A stretch of 64,000 bases of DNA from Minutocellus sp. GHC0000111 (GCA_977018835.1 OZ361258.1:2914001-2978000); one strand, 5' to 3'; counted from the first letter of the stretch, positions 37,337 to 51,480 are shown. Numbers and translations are program-made. The notes: generated by a model from the sequence alone, not told the origin.

Positions 37337-39954
37337 GCCGAGGCATCTCCGGCCTTGGATTTGGGAGGAGGAGTTAGCTTGCGTCTTGGCTTGAGCTGCT
37401 GCTGTTTCTTCTGCCGCTGGGGCTGGACCTTTTTCTTCTTTAGCGAGCCACCAAGGCTGGTATTTCCCTGGACGGCTGGCTTGTTCGAAGGCTCCTCCTT
37501 GGGAGGCGTCAGCTGCTGCTGCTTTTGCAAGAGCATCTCAGCAAAGCTGGGCGAACCACGAGGATCGGCGGAAATGGCATTGGACTTGCTCTGTCCCAAC
37601 TTGCTCGACCCTTCAGCTCGAACTCCGCCCTCCTTGTTACGCATCGGCGTCAACGCCGGAGTCTTAGTGGCAGCGTTACTGCCACCGCCCAAAATACTGT
37701 CAATACCGATGGCGGAAGCTCTGGAAGTTGGAGCAAAGATATCGGGAGTTTGACTCGAAGCAGGCGTCACAGCAGCACTTGACTCATCATCGGGTACGGA
37801 TGTGAAGGCTCCTCCTACCTTACTGCCAACTGGTTTGCGCCCCACCATTGGCTGGCGAGAAGGAATGGGAGTGATAGGAGCATTGTTGCCCTCGTTGGCT
37901 TTGCTGACAGCCTGCTTCTGCTTGACCCCTGCTGCGACTGGATTCTTCTCGGGAGTCGCCATAATGGCCGTAGGAATCTTCTTTTCGCCAGCAGCAGTAT
38001 TATTTTCACCACCTTCGTCTTCTTCGGCAGGTTTCACAGGCGTTGGCGCCTTCACCCTCGCCAAGAGGGCGTTGATTATCTCCTTCCGTTCTGGGGAGAT
38101 TTGCTTCTTCTTTTCAGCTACCATTGGCTTGGTTGCTTCTTGAGGACTCTCCTCCTTCCCTTTGAGCTCCTGCTCTTTCACCTGCTCCTTCACCTGCTCT
38201 TTAACCTGACGCTGACGCTGACCAACTTGCTTCTTTGCACGAGGGGAGGGCGTCTCAGGAGTAGATGGGGCCGTGCTGACGCTCTCTCCGTCGGACTTGC
38301 TGGGAGAGAACGACGCCGATACCGGAGCTGCTCCGACTCCTACCGCCGCCTTGAGAGCATCACCAATATTGGCCATACCCAATCCCTGAACGACTGTATC
38401 CCTCACAATCTGAATAGTGCTGATGGGAGGTCGAACGCGGACGCCATCCCCGAAGCCACGGCCGTAGCTCTGAGCATCGGATGATGCAGCCGACGAGGTC
38501 CTTTGACGCTTCTGCTGCTCTGACGTTGCTGCCCCAGACGCCAGTACTGATGCTGATGCCGATGCCGATGTGGGCCGGCGATTCCAAATCCGTCGGACCG
38601 TGTAGACGTACGATCCGACAAGGGCCAACCCCACCAATCCCAGACCGGACAGCATGATATTGAGGTCCCGAATCTCCCTATCCATGGCCTCCTGAAGGAT
38701 GAGTAGATCCTCTCTGCCGTGAAGCGGAGTGGATAGATTGGGACTACTGCCACCGACTTCGAACTGCCGCCGCTGTTGCTGCATCTTGGCAATGTACGAC
38801 CGCTCCACGAGCATCTCATCGAGCATGCGTTCCAGCTCGTCCCTGTTGGTTGGGATACCACCACTACTGTTGTTACCACCCCCGCCGCCGCCGCCATTGG
38901 GATACCACCACGACGACAATGGATTCCACATACTCCACTTCATCATGCTGGCGAATCTCTTCGTCTCCGCCTTGGCCTTGTCATCCTCCACTCTACGTCT
39001 CTCGTGCTCCTTCTTGGCTACAATTCCCTCCAGGGCCTTGTAGGATGCACCCAAATCGAACTCGACGGTGAGCAGGGGAGTTCCAGTACTGCCGCTGCTA
39101 CCGCCAAACTTGCTCGCAGACTCGGCAAACATTCCATTATCATCCCCATCACTGGTAGTGTCACCGGTAGTGAAGGCCAGGGTGGCGGGTTGAGGCCGGA
39201 CGGGCAGATCGAGCAGCAGCTCCAGGCCTTCTTTGGCGGCATTGTTCGACCCATTCTCCTCCTTGTTGGATGTAGGAGCAGACTCAGACTTGCCCGCATC
39301 GCTTCCTCCTCGATTGATGTTGTTATCACCATCGCCCAGAGAAAGGAGGGAGCTGCTGGTCCAGCACGACGACAGGCGGAGCAGATAACTGCTGGTACTC
39401 GTGATGGTACTGGACGAACTGCCAGACGAGGAGGAGGTGGACGAGGAGGGGAAGACCAGGACGTTGTCCATCCCGCACGGGTTGAACCTCTGCCTCTTGA
39501 CGACGTGAGGTGCATCGGAATTGACATTGCTGCCCACATTGTTACTACTACTACCAGGCAGTCCACTACCGTCGTCGTTGCTACCTTGATGACTTGTTCT
39601 GGCAATGGAATTCTCACCACGATGATTGCTCCGTTTGCCGGCGAGGGATGCCACCTCGGACAGTACGGTCACGTCGCACCAGATGGGGAGCGATTCCAAC
39701 CTCTGCTGGATTGCAGCTGCATTGTTTGGGGAGGTGGCGGTGCCAGTTGGGGGAGCGCGGCCGACCTTTTGGCCGGGATGACGGCGCTGTTGTTGTTGTT
39801 GGGTTGGGTGGCGATGAGCGGAGGAGGAGGAGGATGAGGATGATGGGTTTGACTCCTGCTGGTCGTCTGCTTGCGGCGGCGCAGCAGGGACGTGATCGGC
39901 GCCACCACCGCGGCACAAGGTCCGCAGAATTAGATGCTGCGATGTCATGGCCAT
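37337..39954 (-). CDS. Large low-complexity protein with one predicted TM helix, 3' end in the gap
   Basis: ORF of more than 870 codons; hydrophobic LSGLGLVGLALVGSYVYTV segment; S/G/Q/K-rich. Confidence 0.7.
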
Positions 39955-40265
39955 GGAGTGCTGCGCTTAGTTAATTGTGCAGTAGAAACAAGGGAGGGTT
40001 GGGTTCATGCAGTGCCATCTATCTCTCTGATCTCTCTGCGATGCTGCTGCCTGGATTTCAGGATTTCAGGGATTGACATTTACTTAAAGGGGTTAAAGGA
40101 GGGGAATTCTAGAATACCCCCTCAACCGATCAAAAAGCATGTGCATGGCGAGTATGGCGTATGGCGTATGGCGAGGCGCATGAACGAAGGGTCGAAGCAA
40201 GGTCGAAGGAATACCGTAGTATTACCAACTCTGTGCTCACCACGTTCTGTGCAGCAGCACCGCCA

Positions 40266-41621
40266 ATGACTAGCTTTGTGCACTTTACCGATTGTCGCCT
40301 TGCCCTTTACCATTCTGGAGATGAAACCAACAATGACAAGGACGGTGATGGGCTATGTCGGAGGGATGTGTTGGTCAATGCCGACGAGGGGATAATTGCG
40401 GCCATATTGGAGCCAAACACCCAAGACATTGCGCCTCATCTTCTGGGGTCGCACCACACCATCGACAAGGTCGATTGCGGCGGAAACATCCTGTCGCCGG
40501 GATTCATCGACATACAAATCAACGGATATCTCGGAGTGGACTTTTCCGATGCGGCGACGATCACGGCCGACCGGGTGAAGATGGTGGCGAAGCGCATAGT
40601 ATCAACGGGCGTTACGTCCTTCTCGCCGACCCTCATCTCGTGCAGTTCGGAGGAATATGCGCACATCCTGCCCATTATTGGTCCGTTGTGTTGCGGTGGT
40701 GGGAAGGGGGACGAATCGAACAATATCAACAACAAGAAGAAGAATGGCACTGGTGAGAATGATTACGTCGCTGCCAACATATTGGGATTGCATCTCGAAG
40801 GCCCATTCTTTGCACCGTCCAAAGCCGGCGCCCATCCGAAGCAACACATTCGGGATCCTGTAGAGGGCATGGAATCCGTGGAGGAAACTTATGGATCGGC
40901 CAATTTGCGAGAGGACTATGGCGTTGCAACCGTTACTCTGGCACCAGAAAGGGATGGTGCCATGGAGATCATTCGGACGCTCTCGAAGCAGGGGATTGCT
41001 GTATCGATGGGTCATACCGATGCGACGCTAGGCGACGGTCAGAAAGCAATGGACAATGGGGCCACGTTGATTACACACATGTTCAATGCGATGAAGCCAT
41101 TTCATCATCGCGAACCGGCACTGTTGGGGCTAGTCGCTGAACAGAGTGGAGGGGGAATGGACCATGATAATACCAGTAAGAATGAGGAGCTGTACTTTTC
41201 AATAATTTCTGACGGTATCCATACACATCCCACTGCGGTGCGGTTGGCGCATTCATCATGTCCGGACAGAGCCATTTTAATAACTGACGCCATGAGTGCA
41301 ATGGGCTTGGGAGACGGTGAGCATTCGCTTGGTGACACTCGTGTGTTGGTGAAGGGGATGAGGGCGACTGTGGCTGGGACCGATACTCTAGCTGGAAGTG
41401 TGGCATCTATGGATGTTTGCATCCGGTCCTACAGAACGTATGCCCAGTGTTCGACAGAGCAGGCAATAAAGGCTGCGACACTCCATCCCGCCAAGGTCCT
41501 TGACATACATGAGAAGAAAGGTAGACTCAAGGTTGGGGCAGATGCGGATTTGGTTCTCCTCAATGATGCCTTGAATGTACTGAAAACTTGGGTCGGAGGA
41601 AGGGGTGCGGAATCAACTTGA
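40266..41621 (+). CDS. nagA: N-acetylglucosamine-6-phosphate deacetylase
   Basis: PGFIDIQING, GLHLEGPF, KAGAH, TLAPE, SMGHT, THMFNAM, DGIH, LITDA, LAGS and ATLHPA motifs. Confidence 0.96.
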   Translation: MTSFVHFTDCRLALYHSGDETNNDKDGDGLCRRDVLVNADEGIIAAILEPNTQDIAPHLLGSHHTIDKVDCGGNILSPGFIDIQINGYLGVDFSDAATITADRVKMVAKRIVSTGVTSFSPTLISCSSEEYAHILPIIGPLCCGGGKGDESNNINNKKKNGTGENDYVAANILGLHLEGPFFAPSKAGAHPKQHIRDPVEGMESVEETYGSANLREDYGVATVTLAPERDGAMEIIRTLSKQGIAVSMGHTDATLGDGQKAMDNGATLITHMFNAMKPFHHREPALLGLVAEQSGGGMDHDNTSKNEELYFSIISDGIHTHPTAVRLAHSSCPDRAILITDAMSAMGLGDGEHSLGDTRVLVKGMRATVAGTDTLAGSVASMDVCIRSYRTYAQCSTEQAIKAATLHPAKVLDIHEKKGRLKVGADADLVLLNDALNVLKTWVGGRGAEST

Positions 41622-42349
41622 GTTCACTAAAATCTATCTGCAATGGAATTTTTTAAGGCACGAGAGCTGTATGAGAGATATAGATCTACATGTAACCGCC
41701 CTCGGGCAGATTACTTCGTAATTTGCGCCCTCGGGACCTCTGTTACATTAATAACGCCCTTCGTAATATTTTTGCGAGGTCTTTCGAGCGAAAAATATTA
41801 AATACATCAGGGTCGTTAGATCTACATATTATAGAGTCTCTAAGTATTTTCGATTTCGCGGTGTGGTTCGGCCTGTTTTGTTTGATTGAGCTCCTACCGA
41901 CCGGTAAAAAGTGTGGGCGCTGAATGCACGATCTAAGGTAGATCTACTAGTATCTACGCAGTATCTACTAGACTAGAGTGCTTGTGGCATGCAGCTACTA
42001 AGAAAAATCAGCATGTGAAGGCCAAGTACCGTAGATCTAGACTCTAGCTAGATCTAAGTGAGAGGAAGACAGCAAGGCAGCGGATACGGATATTTCGAAA
42101 GAAACCCGGAAACAAGATCTGACACAGCGGCGTCATGCGCTGTCCTGTCTTTGGACTGATGCGCTTCTTTTCGGTTGCGCTTCGCCTTTTTGATCTTGAC
42201 ACTGCACCAAACCGAACGCTGCCACGGCCGTGAAGAGAACGCTGCTGCAGCTCTCGGCTCATAAACTACCAATGGTAAATCCTATCTCGAAGAGAACAAA
42301 CCAATCCAACTATCCACTTTTACAACGTAATTTCCCCTTCACCGCTACA

Positions 42350-42867
42350 ATGAACATGCCACACCAACCATTATGTCATGTTGCGAAGGCTAGAAGTTCC
42401 ACATTTGCCACACGCCCAACGACAACTTCGAAAGTAGCCCAGCTTCGACGGAAACGATTCTTCGTTCTCGTCCGCATCTTGCTCAAACGTCTCGAACGAG
42501 ATGATCCCGAAGGATACAGGAGAGCAAAAGAAGTGAGTGTGATTGCTGTTCCCTCCAATCGTAGTTCTTGCAGAAGAATGCTCCTCTCCCTACTTTTCCA
42601 GCTCGTTCGTCGAAAGCAACAAAGAACATATTCCTCACAACATATTTTTGGTGTGATTTTGCTTCATATCCATTGTAGGTCATACGAGAATGCACAAAAA
42701 AGAACAGTGAGGGAGCCCCTGACTTCCTTTCACTCGTCGACTCCATCCATAAAAATTTAAAGACGAATGTATCAGCCTCGCATTGGAAGCATAGCGAGCA
42801 ATACCTCGATCACTTCATGAAACAAAAGTATGAGGTCGGTCGTGAAATCACAGGACGTGCTGCTTAG
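42350..42867 (+). CDS. Small helical protein of unknown function, intron 42533-42678
   Basis: RKRFFVLVRILLKRLE..AKE|VIRECTKKN..HWKHSEQYL joined in frame through GTGAGT/TAG sites; similar to 57012-57587. Confidence 0.7.
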
Positions 42868-43090
42868 TCGCTGGGATCATTTTCCAGCAGTAGGCAGGCC
42901 CTCTTCATGGCAGGGACAACTGGACTTTACATATTTGTACAAATAGCTAGAACATTTGAAACATATTGTAACAAGACAACTCCATCACTCAATATATTGT
43001 TATCCCGCGATATCCCATAAGCAAGACACCCTAAAATCAGCCTAAACTCGTCCCAGAGCCAGCCTAGTAGATCCTCTTCTTCAGCTAAAC

Positions 43091-44232
43091 TTAGAAATCG
43101 TCAACAAAGAAAACTCGCTCCAGGCAGAGACCTTCCGGTTGGGCGGGCTTGCATCGATTATTCTTTCTCACGTCATCCTCTTTGCGATTCAACAAATCAA
43201 TTAGAGACTGTTCGTCCATTCGACCTTTCGATACATCAAGAGCGGTCCCCATCATATTTCGTACCATCTTATACAACGCACCCTTTAGTAGGAAATCCAC
43301 TCTATAGTTTCCGTTTCCCTCATCGACAAGGTCAACACTATAAACAGTTCGAATTGTACCCATTTCCTTTCCAATTCTCCGCTCATTCTGCTCAATGGCT
43401 CCCGCGAAAGCTCTAAAGTCGTGATTTCCCTCGAATTGTTTCAAGGCAGATTGTAGTTTTTGTATGTCAATTGGTTCGTGAACGTGGCACCGCGTGAAAC
43501 GTTGTTTGGGATCAAGAGCTGGTGCGACACAAAGTCTTGGAATGGAGTGGAATTGGAGAAAAAGGTATGTTTGAGACGAATGATATTCATTATAGCCACG
43601 GAGCTAGAAATCTCAGAGAGATGAAAATACATGCGTGCATATTCCCACCATACCATTAGGTACCACAATCACAATCAAATTCGCTGCATTCCATACCTGT
43701 ATGAATATAACTTCTTTGTTGATTCATAAATAACATGCCATCGATGAACCACTGCACTACCATCGTCTCGAACCTTTTTGACCGCCTTTGGAGCACGCCC
43801 TACATTCCATACTCTTGTATCTCGCCTCAGCATCGAGTTGAGAGATCTTTGCAACTTCAGCTCGTCTTCTTTCGTTTCAATTTCTCCCTCCTCCAACTCA
43901 AAATGGAACGCTTGCCCTCTGGCGTGAACCCCGGCGTCGGTCCGCCCCGCGCCAACGGTTTTTATTGGTCGATTGAACCGACGAGACAGTACGCTCTCTA
44001 GTTCGCCTTGAACAGTTCGTCGCTTTGGCTGTACCTGCCACCCATCATAGCCTGTGCTGTCATAGGCAATCCTCCCCCGAAACCTCACTCGCTTGGTATC
44101 GCTCTGTACTTTATCGTGCCGTGCATCAACCACACCGCCGTGACTTTTGCTGCTGCTACTGGCAAAGGCTGATTGTGCTGGAAGAAGGAATACCAAAAGT
44201 ATAAGCAGGGAGAAGAAATCCAAATAATCCAT
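43091..44232 (-). CDS. truA: tRNA pseudouridine synthase A (TruA), probably plastid-targeted, intron about 43536-43697
   Basis: GWQVQ, TVQGELE, GAGRTDAGVHARGQ, GNHDFRAF, LYKMVRNMMG, AQPEGLCLERV; signal peptide plus QSAFAS. Confidence 0.93.
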
Positions 44233-44730
44233 ATTACTTGCTGAATGGTGCGAGATACTTGCTGCAATGGCTTTCGTCAATGCAGTGCAGTGCCAATAAT
44301 GTATCGGCAGCTCGTGGTTGTGTGGTTGTGGGTGTGGTTGCATGGCGAGTCGAGTCATGGCGGTTGCGGTTCATACGTACGTAGCTACGGAGTTTGGTAT
44401 TCATTGACGATCGCCGACAGGCGCGCAGGCAGAGCAACAAAGCAGTCGGCGGCGGTGGAGATCGCCTTGCTTTACAATTGTAGTCAGGGTGAGATTCCTG
44501 CCCTGATTGCCCTGGTATCAAACCATGCCATCGAGTCAGAAAGGCACACATTCCACAAATAAAAAACAGACTAGTCTTACTGTTTCCAGCACGTACCGGT
44601 ACCGGTAGCTAGCTACCGGTACCTGTAGATTTCCAGCCAGCTGCTAGCCATCTGCTCAACCCTCCCCAATAGGTCTAATTCAATGGGTGTTATCATTCCG
44701 TACGTTTGAGATCAGAAGGACTTTTCGAGG

Positions 44731-46849
44731 CTATTGCGCATCTACGACGGGTGTCGCGGCTGTTTTGGCGGCTACTTCAGCTGGCTGTGCTAATGCTCCC
44801 TTGGTCGCATCACTGTTGGTAATATTCGGCATATCTGCTTGTTCTTCGGTTGGATCCGATGTTGTGGCTGGTATCGGGAGCCCACCCTGCGACGCCTGCG
44901 TCGTCGTCTGAGCCAATAAGTGCGCCTGCATCAACGGGCCATTCCCCATCGCCGCACCGCTTGTTGCCAATGGTTGAAGATGAAACTGCCCGGAGCCAAC
45001 GGTACCATTCATCGTGGACTCAGCCTGGCCATGATGGTTCATACCAGCCGGCAAGGGATCAGGCTCTGCACCTGCCGGCAACATTGCCCCTCCCACTCCC
45101 GCCATTCCGTTCGCTCCGGCTTGTAGTTGAAGAGAAGATCCATTCAAAAGCTGTTGTTGTTGGTTGAGTCGGGCTTGCATCTGCTGGATGAAATGCATCG
45201 GATCATTCCCACTAACAGGAGGTCCGGTAGGCACATTATCGTCCCCAGGTGGGGCGGGGGAGAATCCAGTCCCACCGAGTCCATCAGTATTCAAATCATC
45301 AAGGTCGCCGTCACCGTCGCCGCCATCGCCCCCTTCTTTATTTGGTGGTGCTGCGGCAGCGGCGGCAGCAGACCCGTCAATGCTTCCGGCGTTGGAAGAA
45401 TTGGCCAAAGCTGCCTGCTGTCGCTGAATCTGCAAAAGTTGCATCTGCTGCGCCTGCAATTGTTGCTGGACTCGCTGCTGCTGCATCTGAAGGAATTGCT
45501 GTGCATTGGCATAGTTACCCATCATACCTCCAGGAAATTGCATCCCCATGTTAAGAAAGGCATTGTTGCCGGGAGCAAGATTTCCCATCTGCTGCTGCTG
45601 CTGCTGCTGGGGCTGCTTGGAGGAATCACTCTGGGATTGGTCATGTTGTCCCTCCGGCTGCGAATGTGAACCAGGTTTTGTGTCGGTATTTCCCAAGATA
45701 CTGTGCTCAGTATTATTTTCACTAGTGGTAGGTACATTGCTCAAGTCTGCGGTAGCTCCTGCAAGAGGCGGCGGCGGTGGCAATCCAAGTGCACCTCCCG
45801 CTGCCCCTTCTCCCAATCCCTGTCCAGCAGCGGCGGCATTGATCTGCATCATGGGGGAAAGGCCAGAGAGGATGCCAGGAGTTAAAGTTCCGGGCGTCAG
45901 GCCGGTGACGCCCCCAGGAGTTAGCCCGGCCTGATTTATTCGTGATGACGAAGAACGAGAGACGAATGGATATTTTTAGAAGGACGTTCAGTTGTTAGTG
46001 ACTCGATCACAGCACAGCTTCTAGAGAAATACGCAATACGCAACACCCATCATCAGCAATACTTACAATGGACAAAGTTCCCGGCGTCATCGCCATCGGA
46101 GTAAAGCCATGGGCACCGAACGGACTGAGGCCGGCGAAACCACCGGCACTATCCGTGAGGCCCTGCGATCCGAACATCATTTGAGAGATGAGCTGCCCAT
46201 GAGCTATCTGCGGTGTGATGAGCCCCATGCCTCCTGCCGCAAGGCCGGCGCCGGCTCCAGTACCACCACCAACGCCACCACCTGCCGCGGATCCTTCGCC
46301 AGCAGCCGCCATGAGACCTGCCTCCGCCCGGGCGTTGGCCTTGGACATGGCCATGGGACCCGAGTTGCGCCTCTTGGCCTTGCCCCCGCCGCCGCCTCCT
46401 CCGCGGCCTCGTATCGTGCCCTGTCCCGGCTGGCTGGCACACGACATCTTCTCGTGGGAGCTGGGATCGTCCCGATGGAAGAGCGGGTGGCTGTACGCGC
46501 CCTTGTTCTCGCCCTGATTGTTCCGGGCGAAGCCCCACCGATTCAGCTTGCGGGTGAAGCTGGTGAACTTGGACCGCTTCCCAAAGTAGACCGGCATTAC
46601 CTCTGCGACGAACTCGTCCTTTGAGTGGACGATGAAGGCATCGCCGCCGGACGTCCACGCCACAATGTGGGCGTTGGCCGGGTCGTTCAGCATCTTCATG
46701 AGCTGCTGGGGGAACGACTCGCTGTCCTTGTTCCCCCCGGCCGATGCGACGGAGGACTCCCTATGCAGTCCTCCGCCCGGAGGGCCGGGCAATTTGTTGT
46801 CATCATCGAACTTGGGCCGCTTGGCGTCGGGGATGCCGTCAAAATCCAT
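44731..46849 (-). CDS. Heat shock transcription factor (HSF DNA-binding domain), intron 45931-46066
   Basis: FPQQLMKML..IVAW..GDAF..FTSFTRKLNRWGF..YSHPLFHRD; Q/G-rich C-terminus. Confidence 0.92.
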
Positions 46850-47344
46850 CGCTGCCTCTTATTCGGGAGATGATGTGAATTATGCGACGCCTTTGTGCGA
46901 TGTACTAATATTGGTAAAGTCTTTCGTTTCGAGAAGGAATTCGGTTCGCAGGTCAGGCAGTACTATTTACGATCGAACAAGATCGAAGTGGTCCAGAGTT
47001 CTGCTTCGGGGCTCGCACCGTCTGGCCGGATTCGCTGTTCGTGATATCAGTCCAGGGTTCAGCCCGACCCTTCCGTCAATATATCACCAATTAAAACGCA
47101 CTGGCGACCAACCAAGGAGATTGCTTCCGGTTGGTCTTGGGGTATCTTTTGTTCAGCACGTGATGTGCTTGTTGCTTCCGATCTCCGATCTGTCTTCATG
47201 TGGCAGAAGGTGGTTTCAGTGGAATCTGGGATGTGATAACTTACGGTATGATGGAATAAAGAAGTATCTTTGAGTGACATGACATCGACACGATGATAAT
47301 GCTGGAACAACAATTTCCTTGCGCACACATGCCGCATCGTAACG

Positions 47345-48656
47345 ATGGTATCCCTAGTCAAAAGAAGGAAGATAGAAGACGGCGACGAGGAGAATGCTCC
47401 CGACAAATCCGCCAGTGGAGACAGCGGTGCTGGTGGCGGAAGCAGCATCGTTGCTGACAACGCCAACGATGGGCTCCGGAGGGAGATGAACAAGATGCGG
47501 AACGAGATCCGGAAACTCCGAAAGGAGATGACCAACAATTTGCGATGATATTGAGCCTGAAGGCTTAGTAAAGGATGGCAGCGATGAAGTGTCGAATCAA
47601 CAGAAGCAGCTATCTAAGCCGAATGCTTCAGACGATGTCTCGGTGGGATCAACAATGGGAGCGCCCCAACCACGAGTACTCGATGACGACGAAGAACTAG
47701 ACATTAGCGATGAAGCTATTGCCGAAGCTCTCCAAGAGTCTGAGTCTGTTGCCAGTGGCAGTGTCATGGCCAAGTCTACAAAGAAAGCTACGGCAACAAA
47801 ACTGGAGGCGAACGCGAAAGACAGGACTGATAGACACAAAATCATCGATGTTGAGGATGGAAACTCGGCGACGCTACATCGTGCGATCGGCTCTCGACAC
47901 GCTGATGAGGAGACAGGTATGTCGCCCACACCGAGCAAGAAGATCAAGAAGATCAATAATGGGCGTCTTTGCAGTGTTCAAGGCTGCACAAAATTATCTC
48001 AAGGACGATTGGAAAACCACATGTGCCGCCGACACTTTAAGGATTCACAAGCTTCGACAAGATCTGGAAGTGTTTTGCAATCTGCCATTACCCAAACCGG
48101 TGAGCCCAAAGACAAGGTCGACCTGATGAAGAAGGATGCTCAATCCTTCATTGCGCCGTATACCAACGCAGAAGCTCTTGCAAAATTCTACCCGGTCCAA
48201 AATGGTCTCACTCCTTCCATTGTGCTCCAACTTCTCGAGGACCACGAAGATTTTGACCCTTCTATTGAAGTTTTGATCGAAGCTCTACCGAAAGAGTGTG
48301 GCTTGGTGAGAGATGATCAGAATCATAGAAATCTGATCCGCCATCTTTATCGCAACTTTCAGGGAGAAGGAAATCTCCTCGAGAACAGAACAGGTGACAA
48401 ATTGCCGGTATCTTTGCAAGAGAGGGATATTTGTGTGTATGCTGCTATTTTGGAAAAGGGTTTCGACTTTTTAGTACACTTCATTCCTTACCGCTCAAGG
48501 GAGGATGTCGTCGCTATCTATCGCCGCACGAAAGACAAGGGGTTCCAGCGCAACGAAGAACACGTCGCTCATGTCAAGCGTACTATTGGCTTGATTGAGA
48601 GTCTTGAGGGCTCTTTGGGAATCGAAGAAGATGGTTCTCAACTATTTGAAGATTAG
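47345..48656 (+). CDS. Coiled-coil, CxxxxC..CxxH finger and possible C-terminal SANT-like protein; frameshift near 47543
   Basis: LCSVQGCTKLSQG..MCRRHF; LVHFIPYRSREDVVAIY. ORFs 47345-47548 and 47589-48656 join by a one-base shift. Confidence 0.6.
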
Positions 48657-48827
48657 TTGGATTATTTAGGAAGCTGCTAGAAGCTAGAATATATGGTATT
48701 GCAGTATTTTTACAAATGCGGTACGATCTTATTGTACCTATCGTAGGTACAGATGACAATTTGATGAAACGTATACCTTTTTATTTTTACTTATACAAAT
48801 ATGTATTTGGAAACGAGACCGATACAG

Positions 48828-51384
48828 CTATCTTAACTTTAAGATGGCCGTTGCCTCATTACCAGCCTGGTTATTGACAACTCGAACATCAATGATGAAT
48901 TCATTCACCGTTCCGACACCATTACTACTGCAACCCTTTCTTGTAAATTTAATACCGGTCAAGGTCTTGCCAGTCTTCTCGCACTTGGATACTTTCATCC
49001 CATTCGGAGAAAATGAAAGTAGTGGCGTTACATCAAATTCGCTGAGTATGGCATGGACTCGCTTGAGGTCAATGTCAGCACTGTTCAAGCATCTATTTGG
49101 AGCAAGGGCACTGGAGACAAGCAAGTCTCTTACTTCTTTGGGGGGAAGATTCAAATTTATCTCCTTGGCTTCATTATTTCCGATATTCGCCGATTTGGCT
49201 GGCTCGATCGTTTCTGTTGCAGCTGTCTCGTCCTTCTCCTCTGCCGATAGAATAACATTTGTACTGGTGATTGTGATTGCATCTGGAATGCCCGGGGCAC
49301 GCGTTTCTCTGTCATGAGCCTTCACATTCTGCTGTTTATTTGCCGAAGCAGCTTCGTCGTCGTCAAAAGGCAATATTCGAACTTTACCACTGCGATCACC
49401 TGATGCTGCCGATGATATAGACGAAGCCGCTGAAGATGAGTCACCTGATGACGACGAAGAGACCATTGAGCCATCATCGCCATCGGCTTCTTCGTGATCG
49501 CTGTCCTCGTCGTGCTGGTCATCAAAGGCATCAGTTTCGTCGGTGGGGGCAACGATTGCACCATGTAGCGAGTCGCCAAGATCAGGAGCAAAGTTGTCAG
49601 AGGATTCGACGCCATCCATTGACTTCTCACCATCTTCGTTTGTAGCGCTGGTGGAGGTGTTTCGATGTTTACGCATGATAATTTCCCGCTGTCGTACCTC
49701 GGCATGATCCTTGATCCGGAACCAGAATATTTTCCCATCGTCCCCAACGCCGAAAATTCCGTGATCTTTCTGGAAACGAGGAGCATTGACAGGTCCAGCC
49801 GTCCAAGGTTTTACTGCAAGGTGTTTTCTTTAAGAACTTCTCGGTCCTTCGAGCTCGACGGGCAATTTGCTTCTCTTTGTACTTTCTCACTCTGTTGATC
49901 TGATCAGTCACCGATGTATCGGCGGCCTCCGCTTGGCGATGTGCTTCGTTGTCGAGACTGCACAGGACCTCCGCAAGCATATCGTCCTGCCCTCCAATGG
50001 ACGCAAGGGCATCTTCCATCTTCTCTTCAAAGATGGGCTTGTATTTGGCAGAGAATAGTTCTGAAAACTGATCGACCTGCCCGTACGGGTGGACGCCCGG
50101 TAGCTTGGCCGTGTGGAGCGCCATCCATGCCTCATCACGAGATAGCAGCTGCATTTTCTTGTCGTGTTCAGATCCCAAAAGAGCTAAATCCGCCAGATCT
50201 TGCATTGCCAATGCGGCCGCCGACGTTCGGTGCGTCCCCAAATTGATTGGAGCACCATTGTATCGCACCACCGACTTGTACCGTTGATGGTCCGATGACG
50301 ATCCTGCTACAGTATTGCTTCCCGAAGTCCCCCCACTTCCTCCCGCCGACCCGGAACTACCGACGCTACCGCTGCTACCACGTCGGGCATACTGCCTGGA
50401 CCGACCCATCGCTTTGGAAGCCGACGACGTCATCTGGGCACGGGATACCCCCGGCCCATTCTCGTACTTGGCCCTCCAATGGTCCAGAGTTTCGTCTTCA
50501 TCGGGATCGTCGTAGTCGGGGGGTAGGAACGCCAAGCCCGTGTCGCACAGAATGTCCTCTCCCAGGAATTGCGGTATGCATCCGGGCCGGTTGCGTTTCG
50601 GCTGTTTTCCTGGACTTGGTCCGGTTCCAGCAGAACGTCCGGTGGAAGCGGCGACGGCAGCAGCTGCGGTAGCAGAGGTTGGTAAGCGCAAAGGCCTCAA
50701 CGGAGATTGCAGCTTCGATATCGACAATCGCGTCGGTGATCCCATTGCTATCGGCGACTGCGGCAGCGGTGCTGATGACGATGACGACGCACCACCAACT
50801 GTGACTTTATCCGCATCATCAATCACTGGCATTATTTGAGCAGGCGCAAATGATGGTGACTTTGATGCACTACCGGTAGAAGTGCGTTTGGCCCTCGTAT
50901 TGCTTTGGACTGATATCTCCCCGATGGACCGAGCGCTACGTGCCTCATCAGTGGTGGAGGATGATGACGATGAGGAGGAAGATGAGATGGAAGATTCATC
51001 ATCGTCGGCGTCAGCACTCTTGACATTGTTTTTCCTTTTGCGGGGCGCTTTGCGACTGCTGGCGGTAGTATCTGCTGGGGCTTTCTTCGCTGCCGCAGTT
51101 GGCGTGGACTGCTTCTTCCTCTTTTTGTACGGTCCACGTTTCTTTCTCTGCTGAACCGGCTTGGAATTGTTTGTTATTACTGTCTGTGCATGCGCTTGCT
51201 TGTCACGTTTTTCACGTGATGCAGTCGACCGACCTGCTTTGGCCGCCGCCACACATGCAGCGGCACCATCCACTACCGCTCTGCCTTTGCCTCGCTTTGC
51301 TACCTTGACGACCGTCTTGGCCTCGGGTTTGGTCTTGGTTTTTGTTGTCTTGCCGCCGCCATTCTTATTCCCTCGAGTTTTCAT
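48828..51384 (-). CDS. Basic low-complexity protein with an AP2-like DNA-binding segment; frameshift at 49824-49827
   Basis: RYKSVVRYNGAPINLGTHRTSAAALAMQDLADLAL resembles the AP2 consensus. Removing one A links it to the frame of 48828-49676. Confidence 0.6.
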
Positions 51385-51480
51385 TGTTCTTGTGTGGGCA
51401 ATTCGTTGCTTGTGAGGGAGTTCGTGTACGAGGGTGTGTTGATGCGATGCGATGGGCGGGCAGGAAGAGTTCGGTGCCGC

